A stretch of DNA of 64,000 bases. Source: Bacteroidales bacterium UBA1402 (GTDB taxonomy: Bacteria; Bacteroidota; Bacteroidia; Bacteroidales; UBA1402). Of the stretch, positions 7,049-18,163 are shown one piece after another (position 1 is the stretch's first letter; every line of letters starts with the position of its first letter). Where the stretch lies: assembly GCA_002305085.1 (NCBI GenBank), contig DBQE01000006.1, forward strand, positions 7,061-71,060, written 5' to 3'. The translations under genes were made by a program, and so were the position numbers. The notes under the pieces are model-generated. The model was given only the letters and a program-made list of their open reading frames with translations. It had not been told where the DNA came from and ran no database searches.

Positions 7049-9679
7049 ATGAATCTGATGAAAGAATTTAAAAATCCCTTTCGACTACTGATGCGATTAA
7101 GTGTCGTATTCGGATTAGTGTTTCTTGTATCGTGCAAGGACGATTATATCTACGATGAAAAAAGCCCCGACTGGTTGGGCGAAAGCATCTATGATTACCT
7201 GAAACAGGACGGTCATTTTGATTATTATGTCAAAATAATCGAGGATGTCGGTCAGAAAGAAGTATTGGCCAAAACCGGCAGTAAAACCCTGTTTGTTACC
7301 CCCGACAGTATTTTTGACCGCTTTTTTCAGGACAATGTATGGGGATTGAATAGTTTCGATGAAATGAATCTGTCCCAGAAACGACAATTGTTGTTTTTCT
7401 CGATGATCGATAATGCGTATTTGATTGAAACTCTTTCGAACTATTACAGCGGCGGTGTTCTGAACGAAGGCCAGGCAATGCGCCGTTTGACGGGATTGTC
7501 CGTATTGGACAGTGTGCCTTTTATTGAGGGTAATAAATTACCGAAAGCCACAGTATGGAATCGTTGGAGAACAAAGGGAATGTATTTGTTAAAAGACAAT
7601 TCCACCAAACCGATGGTTCATTTTTTGCAAAAGTATTTGGAAAACGTGGGCATCAGTGACCAGGATTTTAAAGTTATGACAGGTGCCGATCGCAGTTATA
7701 ACGACGCTTTCATCTTTCAACATAAGGTCATTAAAAGAGATATCGTATGTAAAAACGGTTATGTGAATGTGCTCGATGGAGTGATGATTCCTCGCGACAA
7801 TATGGCGGAATACATCCGGAGCAACGAAAACATTACTCAGTTTTCGGAATTACTTGATCGTTTTTGTGCCCCCTACCATACGCCGGGCTTGACTACAACC
7901 TACAATAATTTGCATCCCGAAGCAACCATTGATTCCATTTTTTATCTCAGGTATTTTGCTCCGACTAATCAGGGAGGAGTGACCAGTTATCCCAATGGTT
8001 CCAAGATACCCGACGACCAATTATTGCCTTACGATCCGGGCTGGAATTCCTATGCGGCCGGCGGAGCTGCTCTGCAATCGGATATGGGGGTTATTTTTGC
8101 ACCTACCAACGAGGCCCTCGATTATTATTTTAACGAAGGAAGCGGACGAGAGCTAAAAAAACGCTACGGCAGTTGGGACGGTGTTCCGAACGACATATTA
8201 GTATTGCTGATTACCAGGCATATGCGTAAGTCCCTGGTAAATTCATTTCCCGGTCTGTTCCATAAAATGGTTGACGAAGCCAGTTCGCCTTTGAATGTGT
8301 TAAATTCGGACATTGTTGATTCTTTAAATTATGTAGGGGTAAACGGCTTAGTGTATGTGACCAGCAGCATTTATCCCCCCGATGACTTCGTGTCGGTGTA
8401 CAGTCCCGTACTATTCAGCGAAAAAACCCTGGTGCTTGACTGGGGTATTAAGAGATATTTATACCGCTTGTACCTGAATTCGATGGTAAGTAAGTACGCA
8501 TTTGTCATTCCTACCGATAAGGCACTCGAACGCTACATCGATCCTTATACCTACAGTTCCAATTATCCTACGGTCCTCAAATTCTGGTTTAACAGATTAA
8601 CCTCTTCCGTCAATGTGACCGTGTTTAACTACGATAAAGTGAACGATGTGGTACTGGATTCAGTTACAACTCTTAACAACGCTAATTTTATTCGGAACCG
8701 CTTGACGAGAATTCTGGATCAAAGCATTGTGGTTGGAGATTTCAAGGAGGATCAGGATGATGCCGTTTACCGCGACGGTTATTATGTGACCAAAGACGGC
8801 AATATTCTTTATGCCGACGGCACAGCCGATATCGATGGCAGTAAGCTGACTTCGAATTTGGTTAACTTCAGTGCCGGAGCCGATATCGAAAACGGAACGC
8901 AAATTCATTTGCTGGATTCGGGTATTTTTTACCAAAAAAACGGCACTTCTTTTATGGTGGATCAATTGCCTCAAACTCCTTTACAATCGTTCTACACGGT
9001 GTTGAGCGACTCGGCTAAATACCCCGAATTCGATGCTTTCTTCTCTTATTGTGAGAATTTCCCCGGAATTTTTGAAGCAGGCAGAGGCAGCCGGCATTTC
9101 ATGGACTTTAATGTGACTTTTTTCAACACCTATCGGTATACGGTATATGTCCCCAGCAACGCTGCTATGGAAGAAGCATTCAATTCCGGACTGATTATTC
9201 CTTGGGATTCTATTGCCAAAATAGAGAGCACTGCCGAATACAACGCAGTTGTGGATTCCATGCAGCGCTTTATCCGCTATCATTTTCAGGATAATTCTCT
9301 GTTTATTCATCCCAATCAGGTAATTGAACCGGCAAGGTATTATACGGCAACCATCAAAAACGACGACAGTGAATCGTACTTTAATACCTACAAAAATAAA
9401 TTCTACCGTATTCAGGCCGAAGGAGACGGTACCGGTATTACTCTGACAACGGAATATATTGATAAGGTGAATAATAAACCCTATACCGCCAAAGTGGATG
9501 TCAATGCGAGAACACCCGACGGAAGGACCTATTATAACATAATGACCAGAGACTATGTGTTCAATTCCAATCCCAAGAACTTGACGGGATTGACTACATC
9601 AGCCTACAGCAGTAGTGAAGTCACCACTTCTTCTACGGCCGTTGTCCACCTCATCGACAGAGTTCTGAGATACAGGTAA
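7049..9679 (+). CDS. Multi-fasciclin (FAS1) domain surface lipoprotein, 876 aa
   Basis: Lipobox LVFLVSC|KDD. Several FAS1 H1-like motifs (TLFVTPDSIFDRFF, GVIFAPTNEALDYYF, YAFVIPTDKALERYI, YTVYVPSNAAMEEAF) and H2-like motifs (NGYVNVLDGVMIP, NGLVYVTSSIYPP, TAVVHLIDRVL). Confidence 0.75.
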   Translation: MNLMKEFKNPFRLLMRLSVVFGLVFLVSCKDDYIYDEKSPDWLGESIYDYLKQDGHFDYYVKIIEDVGQKEVLAKTGSKTLFVTPDSIFDRFFQDNVWGLNSFDEMNLSQKRQLLFFSMIDNAYLIETLSNYYSGGVLNEGQAMRRLTGLSVLDSVPFIEGNKLPKATVWNRWRTKGMYLLKDNSTKPMVHFLQKYLENVGISDQDFKVMTGADRSYNDAFIFQHKVIKRDIVCKNGYVNVLDGVMIPRDNMAEYIRSNENITQFSELLDRFCAPYHTPGLTTTYNNLHPEATIDSIFYLRYFAPTNQGGVTSYPNGSKIPDDQLLPYDPGWNSYAAGGAALQSDMGVIFAPTNEALDYYFNEGSGRELKKRYGSWDGVPNDILVLLITRHMRKSLVNSFPGLFHKMVDEASSPLNVLNSDIVDSLNYVGVNGLVYVTSSIYPPDDFVSVYSPVLFSEKTLVLDWGIKRYLYRLYLNSMVSKYAFVIPTDKALERYIDPYTYSSNYPTVLKFWFNRLTSSVNVTVFNYDKVNDVVLDSVTTLNNANFIRNRLTRILDQSIVVGDFKEDQDDAVYRDGYYVTKDGNILYADGTADIDGSKLTSNLVNFSAGADIENGTQIHLLDSGIFYQKNGTSFMVDQLPQTPLQSFYTVLSDSAKYPEFDAFFSYCENFPGIFEAGRGSRHFMDFNVTFFNTYRYTVYVPSNAAMEEAFNSGLIIPWDSIAKIESTAEYNAVVDSMQRFIRYHFQDNSLFIHPNQVIEPARYYTATIKNDDSESYFNTYKNKFYRIQAEGDGTGITLTTEYIDKVNNKPYTAKVDVNARTPDGRTYYNIMTRDYVFNSNPKNLTGLTTSAYSSSEVTTSSTAVVHLIDRVLRYR

Positions 9680-9726
9680 AGAGTTCGACTTAATAATTGA
9701 GTTAATAACAATAACAAACCATATAT

Positions 9727-12700
9727 ATGAAGCTATTTGTCAAAACAATGATCGCCTTGCTTCTTATAGGCTTTCCGGGCTTACTCAGGGCGCAGACCGA
9801 AGATATCATAATCAAGGGAACTGTCACCAATAAGGCTAACAGTTCGGAAACTTTGATGGGCGTTAATATCCAGGAGCTTGACGTCAGTAATCGTGTAGTA
9901 GGTATGTCTATCACCGACTACAACGGGCAATACGTTATCAGGATGAAAAATGCCAACAACAAATTGGTATTTACTTACCTGGGTTTCAAGAAACAGACTT
10001 TTGAAATTGGCAGCCTCAGAGTGATTAACGTCCAGATGGAAGAAGAAGCCCTAGAGCTTGCCGAGGCTATGGTAACCGGCCAGCGGATGCACACCGACGG
10101 AAGTGGATTTGTGATTCCGGAAAGAGAGATTTCTACCGCCATGCAAACCATTAACGCTAAAGAATTTGAGGGTTTGCAGGTAGGTACCCTGGACGAAGCT
10201 TTGCAGGGGCGTGTAGCTGGTCTGGATATTGTTTCCACTTCGGGTAACCCCGGCAGCGGTTCATCGATGCGTATCCGTGGAACTGCTTCGATTACCGGTA
10301 ACAAGGAGCCCCTGATTGTGCTTAATGGTGTGCCCTACGAAGTCAATATTAAGGATTTTGACTTCGCCACTTCCAACGAAGAGGACTATGCAGAGTTATT
10401 AAGCATAAATCCCGACGATATAGAACAAATTACTGTACTGAAAGATGCGGCATCTACGGCTATCTGGGGATCTAAAGGCGCCAATGGAGTTTTGATGGTG
10501 ACGACCAAAAAAGGTCAGGCCGGGCCTACTTTGGTACAATACACCTATCGTTTTACCCGTTCCGTTCAACCCAAAGGATTAAAAATGCTCAATGGGGATG
10601 ATTATTCCATGATGATCAAACAAGCCTATTTTAATCCCAGGCAGGATGAATCGGCTGCCGATATCGATGAATTTAAGTATTCCGACACTTTTGTAGAATA
10701 CGAAAATTTCAATAACAATACCGACTGGATCAAGGCTGTTTCGCAGACGGGTCGTACTCACGACCACTATCTAAATGTGTCGGGTGGAGGAGAGCGTGCT
10801 ACCTTTAGGGTTTCGGGAGGTTTTTACGATCAGACGGGTACGATTATTGAACAACATCTCAACCGCTTCACCTCCAAGGCCTATTTGGATTATGCCGTAT
10901 CGGAACGCCTGAAATTTATTTCGGACTTTTCGTTTACTCACGTAGATAACCAGCGGAACTACTCCAACCTCCTGGGGACAGCCTATGCCAAAATGCCCAA
11001 TGTGAGCATTTATGAACAGGACAGAGACGGTAACGATACCGATGTATTCTACAATATATCGCGCAACTCAAGATTGAACGCAGCTCAACGAGACATGATA
11101 AACCCGGTAGCTATTGCCAAACTCGGGGTAAACAACCTAAAAAGTTATCGTATCGTTCCTATTTTTCAATTACATTACAATCTGACCGGGGAGCGTTCTC
11201 GTTCGCTTAGGTATCAGATGTACGTCTCTTTTGATATAAATAATAATAAAAACTCGGGCTTTTTACCCTGGGAGGCTACCAACAATACCTGGAACAGCAA
11301 CCAGGTGAACCGCTCCGAAAGCAACGACTCGGAATCACTTTCGGTATTAACAGAAAATGTCATCAACTGGCAGCCTAAGCTTAGAAACGAAGACCATAGC
11401 CTGACCCTTTACGGCGCTTTGCAAACAAGGACGGGAAATTCAGGCAGCCAATACATTGCCAGTTATGGTTTATTTTCGGATAAAACCAAAGATGCCTCCA
11501 ATGAAGCCTATCTGGAAGGCGTCTCGACCGGACGATCCAATTGGCGTTCAATGGGTTTGGTAGGACGCGTGCATTATACTTACAAGTCGAGATACATCAT
11601 TTCGGGTGTAGTCAGGAGAGATGGCAGCACGAAATTCGGAAATAAGCGTAAATTCGGAAACTTCCCCAGTCTCTCTCTTAAATGGATCATTTCGGACGAG
11701 GATTTTATGGCCGATACCCGCTCCTGGCTGAGTATGTTGGCCATTCGCCCCAACTGGGGTATGAGCGGGAGGGAACCCGGTGCAGAATACCTGCATTTCA
11801 GCCGCTATGCCGCCTACGACAGTTACCTGGGTAAGCAGGCAACCCGTCCGGTCAGCCTGAGGTTGTCCGACTTGAAATGGGCCACTCTGAGAGAATGGAA
11901 CATTGGAGCCGATATAGGGCTCTTCAGGGACAAAATTGTCATGGATATGAACTACTACCACAGACGTACCGTAGACATGTTGTTCTCCAATATTTCTCTA
12001 CCCTCTACGTCGGGTTTCTCCAGTATGTCTTATGCTAATGCCGGAACCATGGACAACGACGGCTGGGAATTCAATGTTTATACTAATCGCTTGGTCAGAA
12101 GAGGAGACTTCAGTTTGGATGTCAATTTCAATATATCCAATCAGGTAAATACCATTATTGAGTTGGATGACCGGATTCTGGCCAACTACAATAAAGATTA
12201 CGACTTCCGCAACGGCACCTACATGACCCGTCTGCAGGAAGGCCACTCTTTCGGTTCCATCTACGGATTTGAGTACGAGGGTGTATATCAATACGACAAA
12301 TACGACGAAGAACACGGACATTTGGATGCTCCGGTCGCCAGAGACAAAGACAACAGAGTAATTACAGATGAAACGGGTGAACCCCTGCCCATGGTTTTTG
12401 CCGCAGGTACTACAGTCGAATATGAATTCAGAGGTGGCGATGCCAAATACAAAGATCAGAACCACGATGGTAGTATTGACGAGTTGGACATTGTATATTT
12501 GGGTAATTGCAATCCCCTATTTAACGGTGGTATGGGATTTACTTTACGCTATAAAACTTTGTCTTGTACCGCTTTTTTCAACTATCGTTACGGCAATAAA
12601 GTAGTAAATGCTGCTCGCATGAACGCTGAAAATATGTACGATAACGACAACCAGAGTATTGCTGTTAACTGGCGCTGGCGTAAGGATGGTGATATTACCG

Positions 12701-13002
12701 GGATTCCCAGAGCCTTATACAATTATGGATACAACTGGCTGGGTAGCGATCGTTTTGTAGAAGACGCTTCCTTCCTTCGTTTCAAATACCTGACCTTTAA
12801 CTACATTCTTCCTTCAAATTGGTTAAAACCCATAGGTATCGATAGAGTAAGCGCTTATCTTACATTTAATAACTTATATGTGTTTACTAAGTATTCCGGT
12901 ATGGACCCCGAGATTGGTTACGGTGATTTCGGTATAAGCACCGATAACGCGCAGACTCCTCGTTCAAAAGACTTTACTTTGGGTTTGACCATAGGCTTTT
13001 AA
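9727..13002 (+). CDS. SusC/RagA-family TonB-dependent outer-membrane transporter (pair 1), 1091 aa
   Basis: Signal peptide, then an N-terminal CarboxypepD_reg-like segment (IIIKGTVTNKAN..LMGVNIQ). Plug motifs (ITVLKDAASTAIWGSKGANGVLMVTTKKG), the SusC signature YLNVSGGGERATFRVSGGF, and a C-terminal barrel ending ...FTLGLTIGF. Confidence 0.93.
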   Translation: MKLFVKTMIALLLIGFPGLLRAQTEDIIIKGTVTNKANSSETLMGVNIQELDVSNRVVGMSITDYNGQYVIRMKNANNKLVFTYLGFKKQTFEIGSLRVINVQMEEEALELAEAMVTGQRMHTDGSGFVIPEREISTAMQTINAKEFEGLQVGTLDEALQGRVAGLDIVSTSGNPGSGSSMRIRGTASITGNKEPLIVLNGVPYEVNIKDFDFATSNEEDYAELLSINPDDIEQITVLKDAASTAIWGSKGANGVLMVTTKKGQAGPTLVQYTYRFTRSVQPKGLKMLNGDDYSMMIKQAYFNPRQDESAADIDEFKYSDTFVEYENFNNNTDWIKAVSQTGRTHDHYLNVSGGGERATFRVSGGFYDQTGTIIEQHLNRFTSKAYLDYAVSERLKFISDFSFTHVDNQRNYSNLLGTAYAKMPNVSIYEQDRDGNDTDVFYNISRNSRLNAAQRDMINPVAIAKLGVNNLKSYRIVPIFQLHYNLTGERSRSLRYQMYVSFDINNNKNSGFLPWEATNNTWNSNQVNRSESNDSESLSVLTENVINWQPKLRNEDHSLTLYGALQTRTGNSGSQYIASYGLFSDKTKDASNEAYLEGVSTGRSNWRSMGLVGRVHYTYKSRYIISGVVRRDGSTKFGNKRKFGNFPSLSLKWIISDEDFMADTRSWLSMLAIRPNWGMSGREPGAEYLHFSRYAAYDSYLGKQATRPVSLRLSDLKWATLREWNIGADIGLFRDKIVMDMNYYHRRTVDMLFSNISLPSTSGFSSMSYANAGTMDNDGWEFNVYTNRLVRRGDFSLDVNFNISNQVNTIIELDDRILANYNKDYDFRNGTYMTRLQEGHSFGSIYGFEYEGVYQYDKYDEEHGHLDAPVARDKDNRVITDETGEPLPMVFAAGTTVEYEFRGGDAKYKDQNHDGSIDELDIVYLGNCNPLFNGGMGFTLRYKTLSCTAFFNYRYGNKVVNAARMNAENMYDNDNQSIAVNWRWRKDGDITGIPRALYNYGYNWLGSDRFVEDASFLRFKYLTFNYILPSNWLKPIGIDRVSAYLTFNNLYVFTKYSGMDPEIGYGDFGISTDNAQTPRSKDFTLGLTIGF

Positions 13003-13005
13003 ATT

Positions 13006-14580
13006 ATGAAAAAGATGAAAAACAGACTTTTTATCGTCTCGATATTGGCCCTGAGCCTTTTCGCAACAACAGCCTGTACCAACTGGCTGGATACGCGTCC
13101 GGAAAGTGAAATGATTTTAGATGAATACTGGACCACTGAATCCGAAGCAGAAGCCGTGTTGATGGCAGCCTACCGTGGATTTATTACTTCGGATTGCACC
13201 TATCGTATGTTGGTATGGGGGGAATTACGTTCGGACAATTTTACCCAGGGTACCGGCATTGGCGATGAAATCAATAAGGTACTCCGGCAGGAAATCACTC
13301 CTTCCACTCCTTATACGACCTGGTCGTCGTTTTATTCCGTCATAAATTACTGCAACACTTTTTTGAGTTTTGCTCCGGATGTGCTTAAAAAAGACGACAA
13401 CTTTACTGTGGAAAAGCTCCGTAAACTCAGCGCTGAGGCTTATGCCGTAAGAGCATTGGCCTATTTCTACCTGGTCAGGGCTTTCCAGAATGTTCCCTGG
13501 ATTAGTGAACCCAGTCTGGACGATACTCAGGATTTTATAGTGCCGCAGTTCTCCGAAAGAGCGGTACTGGACTCCATCATTCGGGATCTCGAGCTGTATT
13601 CTCTGCCTTACATTCCGCGGATACATTCCACGGATAAGGAAACCAAGGGACGTTTTACCAAAAACGGAGTTTATGCCTTGCTGGCAGATATCTACTTGTG
13701 GGATAATCAATTTGAGAAATGTTCACAGATGTGTGATTACATTTTGGCAGACGACTATTACACACTTGTACCTGCCGAAAATTTTTATTCCCAGGTGTTT
13801 TACACAGGATTTTCTTCCGAAAGTATTTTTGAATTCGGTTACGATAACAATATCCAGGTGAACGATGCCACCCGTTCATTATATGGTTACCAGAACAACC
13901 AGAATGGCCAGCTGGCTTTCCCTGTCACGCTGGTAAGCGGACAATACAGTCCTTTCGAATACCCTGCCGGAAGCTACATAGAAAGTAAAAACGACGTTGA
14001 TATTCGCTGGAAAGACTTTTTTGTGAACGATCCCGGTGTGGGTGTTTATCAAATATTCAAGTATGCCGGTATTCAGCGCACCGAAAATTTCGACGGATCC
14101 AGAAGCACTTATTCCTATCGCAACAATACCTCGAACTGGATAGTGTATCGTTTGCCCGATGTTATTCTGATGAAAGCAGAAGCAGTGCTGCAAGGGAAAC
14201 AGGAAGAAGGCCTGGCCGAGGCTCTGTCTCTGGTCAATATGACCTATTCCCGTTCCAACGGGGGAGATACTTTATCGCTCGATTATTACGATAATTCTTA
14301 CGATAAACTGGTTGAACTGGTATTGAGAGAAAGACAGCGAGAATTGATGTTCGAAGGCAAGCGCTGGTTCGACCTGATGCGTATGGCCCGCAGGGCAGGC
14401 AGCCCTGCGCCTCTGGTTTCGTTCATTGCCCGTAAAGGCGAAGGCAGCGAAGCCCTGGGTAAAATGTCACAAATGAATGCCCTCTATTGGCCGGTCAACA
14501 AAGGAGAACTGGAAGCCAATACGGCTCTGGTACAAAATAAATTTTATGAAACAGAATCTACAACATCCACTTTGAAATAA
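13006..14580 (+). CDS. SusD/RagB-family outer-membrane lipoprotein (pair 1), 524 aa
   Basis: Starts 3 nt after susC. Lipobox LFATTAC|TNWLD. SusD-like TPR core (EAYAVRALAYFYLVRAF, LRERQRELMFEGKRWFDLMR). Confidence 0.92.
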   Translation: MKKMKNRLFIVSILALSLFATTACTNWLDTRPESEMILDEYWTTESEAEAVLMAAYRGFITSDCTYRMLVWGELRSDNFTQGTGIGDEINKVLRQEITPSTPYTTWSSFYSVINYCNTFLSFAPDVLKKDDNFTVEKLRKLSAEAYAVRALAYFYLVRAFQNVPWISEPSLDDTQDFIVPQFSERAVLDSIIRDLELYSLPYIPRIHSTDKETKGRFTKNGVYALLADIYLWDNQFEKCSQMCDYILADDYYTLVPAENFYSQVFYTGFSSESIFEFGYDNNIQVNDATRSLYGYQNNQNGQLAFPVTLVSGQYSPFEYPAGSYIESKNDVDIRWKDFFVNDPGVGVYQIFKYAGIQRTENFDGSRSTYSYRNNTSNWIVYRLPDVILMKAEAVLQGKQEEGLAEALSLVNMTYSRSNGGDTLSLDYYDNSYDKLVELVLRERQRELMFEGKRWFDLMRMARRAGSPAPLVSFIARKGEGSEALGKMSQMNALYWPVNKGELEANTALVQNKFYETESTTSTLK

Positions 14581-14592
14581 AATAGACAGCAT

Positions 14593-16593
14593 ATGAAAAC
14601 AACCAATGCCTTTAAAAAGAAGATACTTTATCTTTTGTTGCTTTTTTCCATATCTCCGGGTTTGTTTCAATCCTGTTATACCGAAGATGTGGTAGACAAC
14701 TATTTCACCTTTACGGGAGAATTGATCGGAGACTACATTGATAATCGGCCCGAACGTTTTTCGGAGTTTAAGCGTTTGCTCGATACCACGGGCGTTATGG
14801 GGCTGTTGAAAGCCTACGGCTTGTATACTTGTTTTCTGCCCACCAACGATGCGATGCAAAAATACTATCAAGATCACGAAAAAAACGGGGCCGAAGATTT
14901 TTCCTTAGCAGAACTCAAGACCATTTGTTATAACCATATTATTAAAGGAGACACCCTGGCAACTATGCAGTTCTCTGAAGGTGCTCTGAGTTCTATGTCG
15001 ATGAGCGGTCGTTTTATAAGTGTCGATTTTTCCGATACAACGGCCACCATATTCATGAACGGGACCTCTCCTATTATAGAAAAAGACATCATTTTGCACA
15101 ACGGAGTGGTACATGTATTGAGCAAGGCGATGGAACCCTCCCAAGACCGGGTTTCTTCCAAATTGATGCATGATCCGAAATTTTCGCTCTTTGCCAAAGC
15201 TTTTGAATTGACAGGTTACAGATTTATCATGGACGAGGCTCCTATAGAAGATTTAACTTACGATCCGAAAAATTATACTCCAAGCGGTTTTCGTCACACA
15301 GTGCTGGAAGAATTACCGAAATACCGGAAATTCGGATACACCATCTTGGCCGAAAGCGACTCCACTCTGGCTAATTATACCGATTGTCCCAAATTGCCCA
15401 ACGGTGTAAAAACGCTGGAAGATTTGTATACTCTGGCTGAATACTTTTATTCCAGCAAGCCGGGGAACATAGGTCTGTTTTCCGACGGGGACGAGGTGAA
15501 AGACGATTATACCGACAAAAGAAATTACCTGAACAGGTATATCGCTTACCACTGTATGACCCGCACCCTGCTTTCGAGCCGTTTTATCAAAGATTACGAC
15601 ACTCCGCATCATTTCAAAATCTACGACATGTACGAATACATTGAGACTATGTTGGAGGACCGTTTGCTTGAGGTAAAGATAGACCGTAATTACAGCGCCC
15701 CCAACAGCGAGTTCGGTTTTTTCAACTGTAAAATGGCTGCCGACGGCAAAGAAGATGCTTCTACCGGCATTTTGTTGACCGATTACAAAGATAATGACGC
15801 CGTAAACGGGTATTATCACGAAATTGACAAACCTCTGGCTTACACCAGAGAGTTTGAGGCCGCTCTTTCCGCGAAACGCCTTCGCATTGAGGCCGCCTGT
15901 TTCTTTGATGAACTGGCTACCAACAACATGAGGGGAAATGCCAAATGGAACCCCAATGGAAGTAACCACGGAGAACCCGATAAAACCCATGCTTATCAGA
16001 TTCCTTTTGGCTACATGGACCGTTTTTTTTGCACCGAAAGCACCAAGTTTACATATATTGGAGCCTGTTCAGCTTACGAGGATTTTCAGGGAGACGAAAT
16101 GTACGCTCGCGATTCTTACAATTTCACTATGCAGACTTTGCCCATACCTGCCGGAACTTACGAAGTGCGAATGGGTTACCAGCCTACGGCTTACCGGGGT
16201 ATTGCACAGGTGTACTGGGATAGTATTCCCACGGGCATTCCTGTGAACTTTTCTTTATTGGCCAGTAATCCCGATATAGGACATAAAGTTCCGGGCAGTG
16301 AAGCGGATGATCCTTATGGCTATGAAAACGACAAGATGATGCGAAATCGTGGCTACATGAAAGGCCCCGACAGTTATAAATGTCCGGTCAACATCTATTC
16401 TTATAGTGCCGCTAATGCACGTTACAGCACCTATAACCTGCGTTACATCCTGGGAACTTACGAATTTAAAGAGCCGGCTAAACACTACATTACCATCGTC
16501 TTTTTGGGAACGGAATCGGGCGATAGTCAATTTATGATGGATTACCTGGAATTTTGCCCCACTGAGTTGATACTTACTGAAGATACACATTAA
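14593..16593 (+). CDS. FAS1-domain lipoprotein with C-terminal beta-sandwich (CBM-like) region, 666 aa
   Basis: Lipobox GLFQSC|YTED. FAS1 H1 YTCFLPTNDAMQKYY and H2 HNGVVHVLSKAMEP. C-terminal segment YEVRMGYQPTAYRGIAQVYWD...MMDYLEFCP. Confidence 0.75.
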   Translation: MKTTNAFKKKILYLLLLFSISPGLFQSCYTEDVVDNYFTFTGELIGDYIDNRPERFSEFKRLLDTTGVMGLLKAYGLYTCFLPTNDAMQKYYQDHEKNGAEDFSLAELKTICYNHIIKGDTLATMQFSEGALSSMSMSGRFISVDFSDTTATIFMNGTSPIIEKDIILHNGVVHVLSKAMEPSQDRVSSKLMHDPKFSLFAKAFELTGYRFIMDEAPIEDLTYDPKNYTPSGFRHTVLEELPKYRKFGYTILAESDSTLANYTDCPKLPNGVKTLEDLYTLAEYFYSSKPGNIGLFSDGDEVKDDYTDKRNYLNRYIAYHCMTRTLLSSRFIKDYDTPHHFKIYDMYEYIETMLEDRLLEVKIDRNYSAPNSEFGFFNCKMAADGKEDASTGILLTDYKDNDAVNGYYHEIDKPLAYTREFEAALSAKRLRIEAACFFDELATNNMRGNAKWNPNGSNHGEPDKTHAYQIPFGYMDRFFCTESTKFTYIGACSAYEDFQGDEMYARDSYNFTMQTLPIPAGTYEVRMGYQPTAYRGIAQVYWDSIPTGIPVNFSLLASNPDIGHKVPGSEADDPYGYENDKMMRNRGYMKGPDSYKCPVNIYSYSAANARYSTYNLRYILGTYEFKEPAKHYITIVFLGTESGDSQFMMDYLEFCPTELILTEDTH

Positions 16594-16604
16594 ACATAAA
16601 TTAT

Positions 16605-18140
16605 ATGAAGACCAACCATTCGAAATTATGGCCCTTGATTGTGCTATTCCTGTTCGCGCTCATATCTTGCCAGGAACAAGCCTGGTATGAGCACTATGAA
16701 GATTCGGGAAAAGCCGGATCTGAAAAGACCATGATGGAATATATAAAATCGGAACCGCAACTGGGTCTGTTTTTACAAATGCTGGAGGTTTCGGGTTACG
16801 ATACGTTGTTGTCCGTTTCTCAAACTTTTACGGTATGGGCTCCCCAAAACAATGCCTTGTCGGGGATAGACCTCGACGATACCACCACCGTTACCGAAAT
16901 AATCAGTAACCATATAGCCCGCTACTGCATAGGTACTTCTTCTACCAGGAGCGATAAGGTGTTTATGCTCAGCAATAAACTGGTTTCTTTTGAAGGTAAC
17001 AAGTTTGGTTTAACAAATTTGGTCAGCTCCAATATAAAAGTAGCCAACGGCCTCTTGCACATAATCGACGGTTTTGTTCCTTATGTGCCGAATATCTGGG
17101 AGTATACAGGTCGCATTCCGGGTTTGGACTCTCTGGCTGCGTATTTCCTCAGTCAGAATCAGCGAGAATTTAATCTGCTGGAAAGTAAACAGATAGGAGT
17201 CAATGCAGATAACCAGCCTATTTACGACTCTTCTTTTATTGAAAGCAACCGTTATTTAACCGAGCGGGTTAACCTAAACAACGAAGACGCTGTCTTTACT
17301 GCACTTTTCCCCAACAACCAAGCCTGGCATAAGTCTTTTGATCTTATTAAGGATTATTACAAAACTACCGATGCCGACGGGGGTTGGACTAAACAAAAAT
17401 CGCTGGCTCAGGCAGCTTTAGTCAAAGACTTGGTTTACCTTGATAATTTCAAAGAAAAGGGAATTCCGGACTCTCTTGTGACTTCGTCGGGCCATGTAAT
17501 AGACAGTGCCAAAGTTTTATTTCAGGGTGCAGTTAGCCACGACGCTAGTAATGGGGTAATTTATGTCACGGATTCCCTGAGAATACCCGCCACCAGTTCT
17601 TGGCATATTCCTTTACAGATAGAGGCCGAAGACAACAATTACGGCCGGGCTTCTCTCAATGCCAAGTTGTATAATCGAACCAGCGCAGGTACTTCTGTGT
17701 CGGCTTCGGGCGGCAGGTATCTGGAAGTGGAGGCCACCGGCACAACCATCTTGTCGAAAACTTATGTGGATTTTCCCATACCGGACGTTTTGTCGGCAAA
17801 ATACGATATATACTGCCTGTTTGTGCCCGAAAGCGTTGTGAATCGCATCAATCCGAAACCCAATGTGGTCAATCTGTATATGTCGTATTTAGGGCCAGAC
17901 GGAAAGTTGAAAAACAATGTTTCGATAAAGAAAAATGTGACAATCGATGCAGAAGATACCACCCTTGTACATGTGACACAGATGGATTTCCCCTATTGCA
18001 GCGTACTGGATCGCAATTCCGAAATAAGCGATTTAACTGTTAAACTCAGGGTTGAGAATGCGGTTACTGCCAGTCAGACGCGATTGTATACAAGAACGAT
18101 GCGCATAGATTGTATAATTTTTATACCGGTCGAAGACTAA
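16605..18140 (+). CDS. FAS1-domain lipoprotein with C-terminal CBM6/35-like region, 511 aa
   Basis: Lipobox FALISC|QEQ. FAS1 H1 TFTVWAPQNNAL and H2 ANGLLHIIDGFVP. C-terminal IPLQIEAEDNNYGRASL...GGRYLEVEA resembles carbohydrate-binding jelly-roll modules. Confidence 0.75.
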   Translation: MKTNHSKLWPLIVLFLFALISCQEQAWYEHYEDSGKAGSEKTMMEYIKSEPQLGLFLQMLEVSGYDTLLSVSQTFTVWAPQNNALSGIDLDDTTTVTEIISNHIARYCIGTSSTRSDKVFMLSNKLVSFEGNKFGLTNLVSSNIKVANGLLHIIDGFVPYVPNIWEYTGRIPGLDSLAAYFLSQNQREFNLLESKQIGVNADNQPIYDSSFIESNRYLTERVNLNNEDAVFTALFPNNQAWHKSFDLIKDYYKTTDADGGWTKQKSLAQAALVKDLVYLDNFKEKGIPDSLVTSSGHVIDSAKVLFQGAVSHDASNGVIYVTDSLRIPATSSWHIPLQIEAEDNNYGRASLNAKLYNRTSAGTSVSASGGRYLEVEATGTTILSKTYVDFPIPDVLSAKYDIYCLFVPESVVNRINPKPNVVNLYMSYLGPDGKLKNNVSIKKNVTIDAEDTTLVHVTQMDFPYCSVLDRNSEISDLTVKLRVENAVTASQTRLYTRTMRIDCIIFIPVED

Positions 18141-18163
18141 ACCTGTAAAAGCACGAATGTATT

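Noticed and set aside
6919-7137. 72-aa minus-strand ORF spanning the PUL promoter region and the start of the first FAS1 gene. The same applies to 2059-2253 (+), 2166-2363 (+), 50327-50578 (-) and 56684-56902 (-).
   Set aside because: They straddle intergenic regulatory sequence and the ends of real genes, with AT-rich low-complexity products and no supporting signals.
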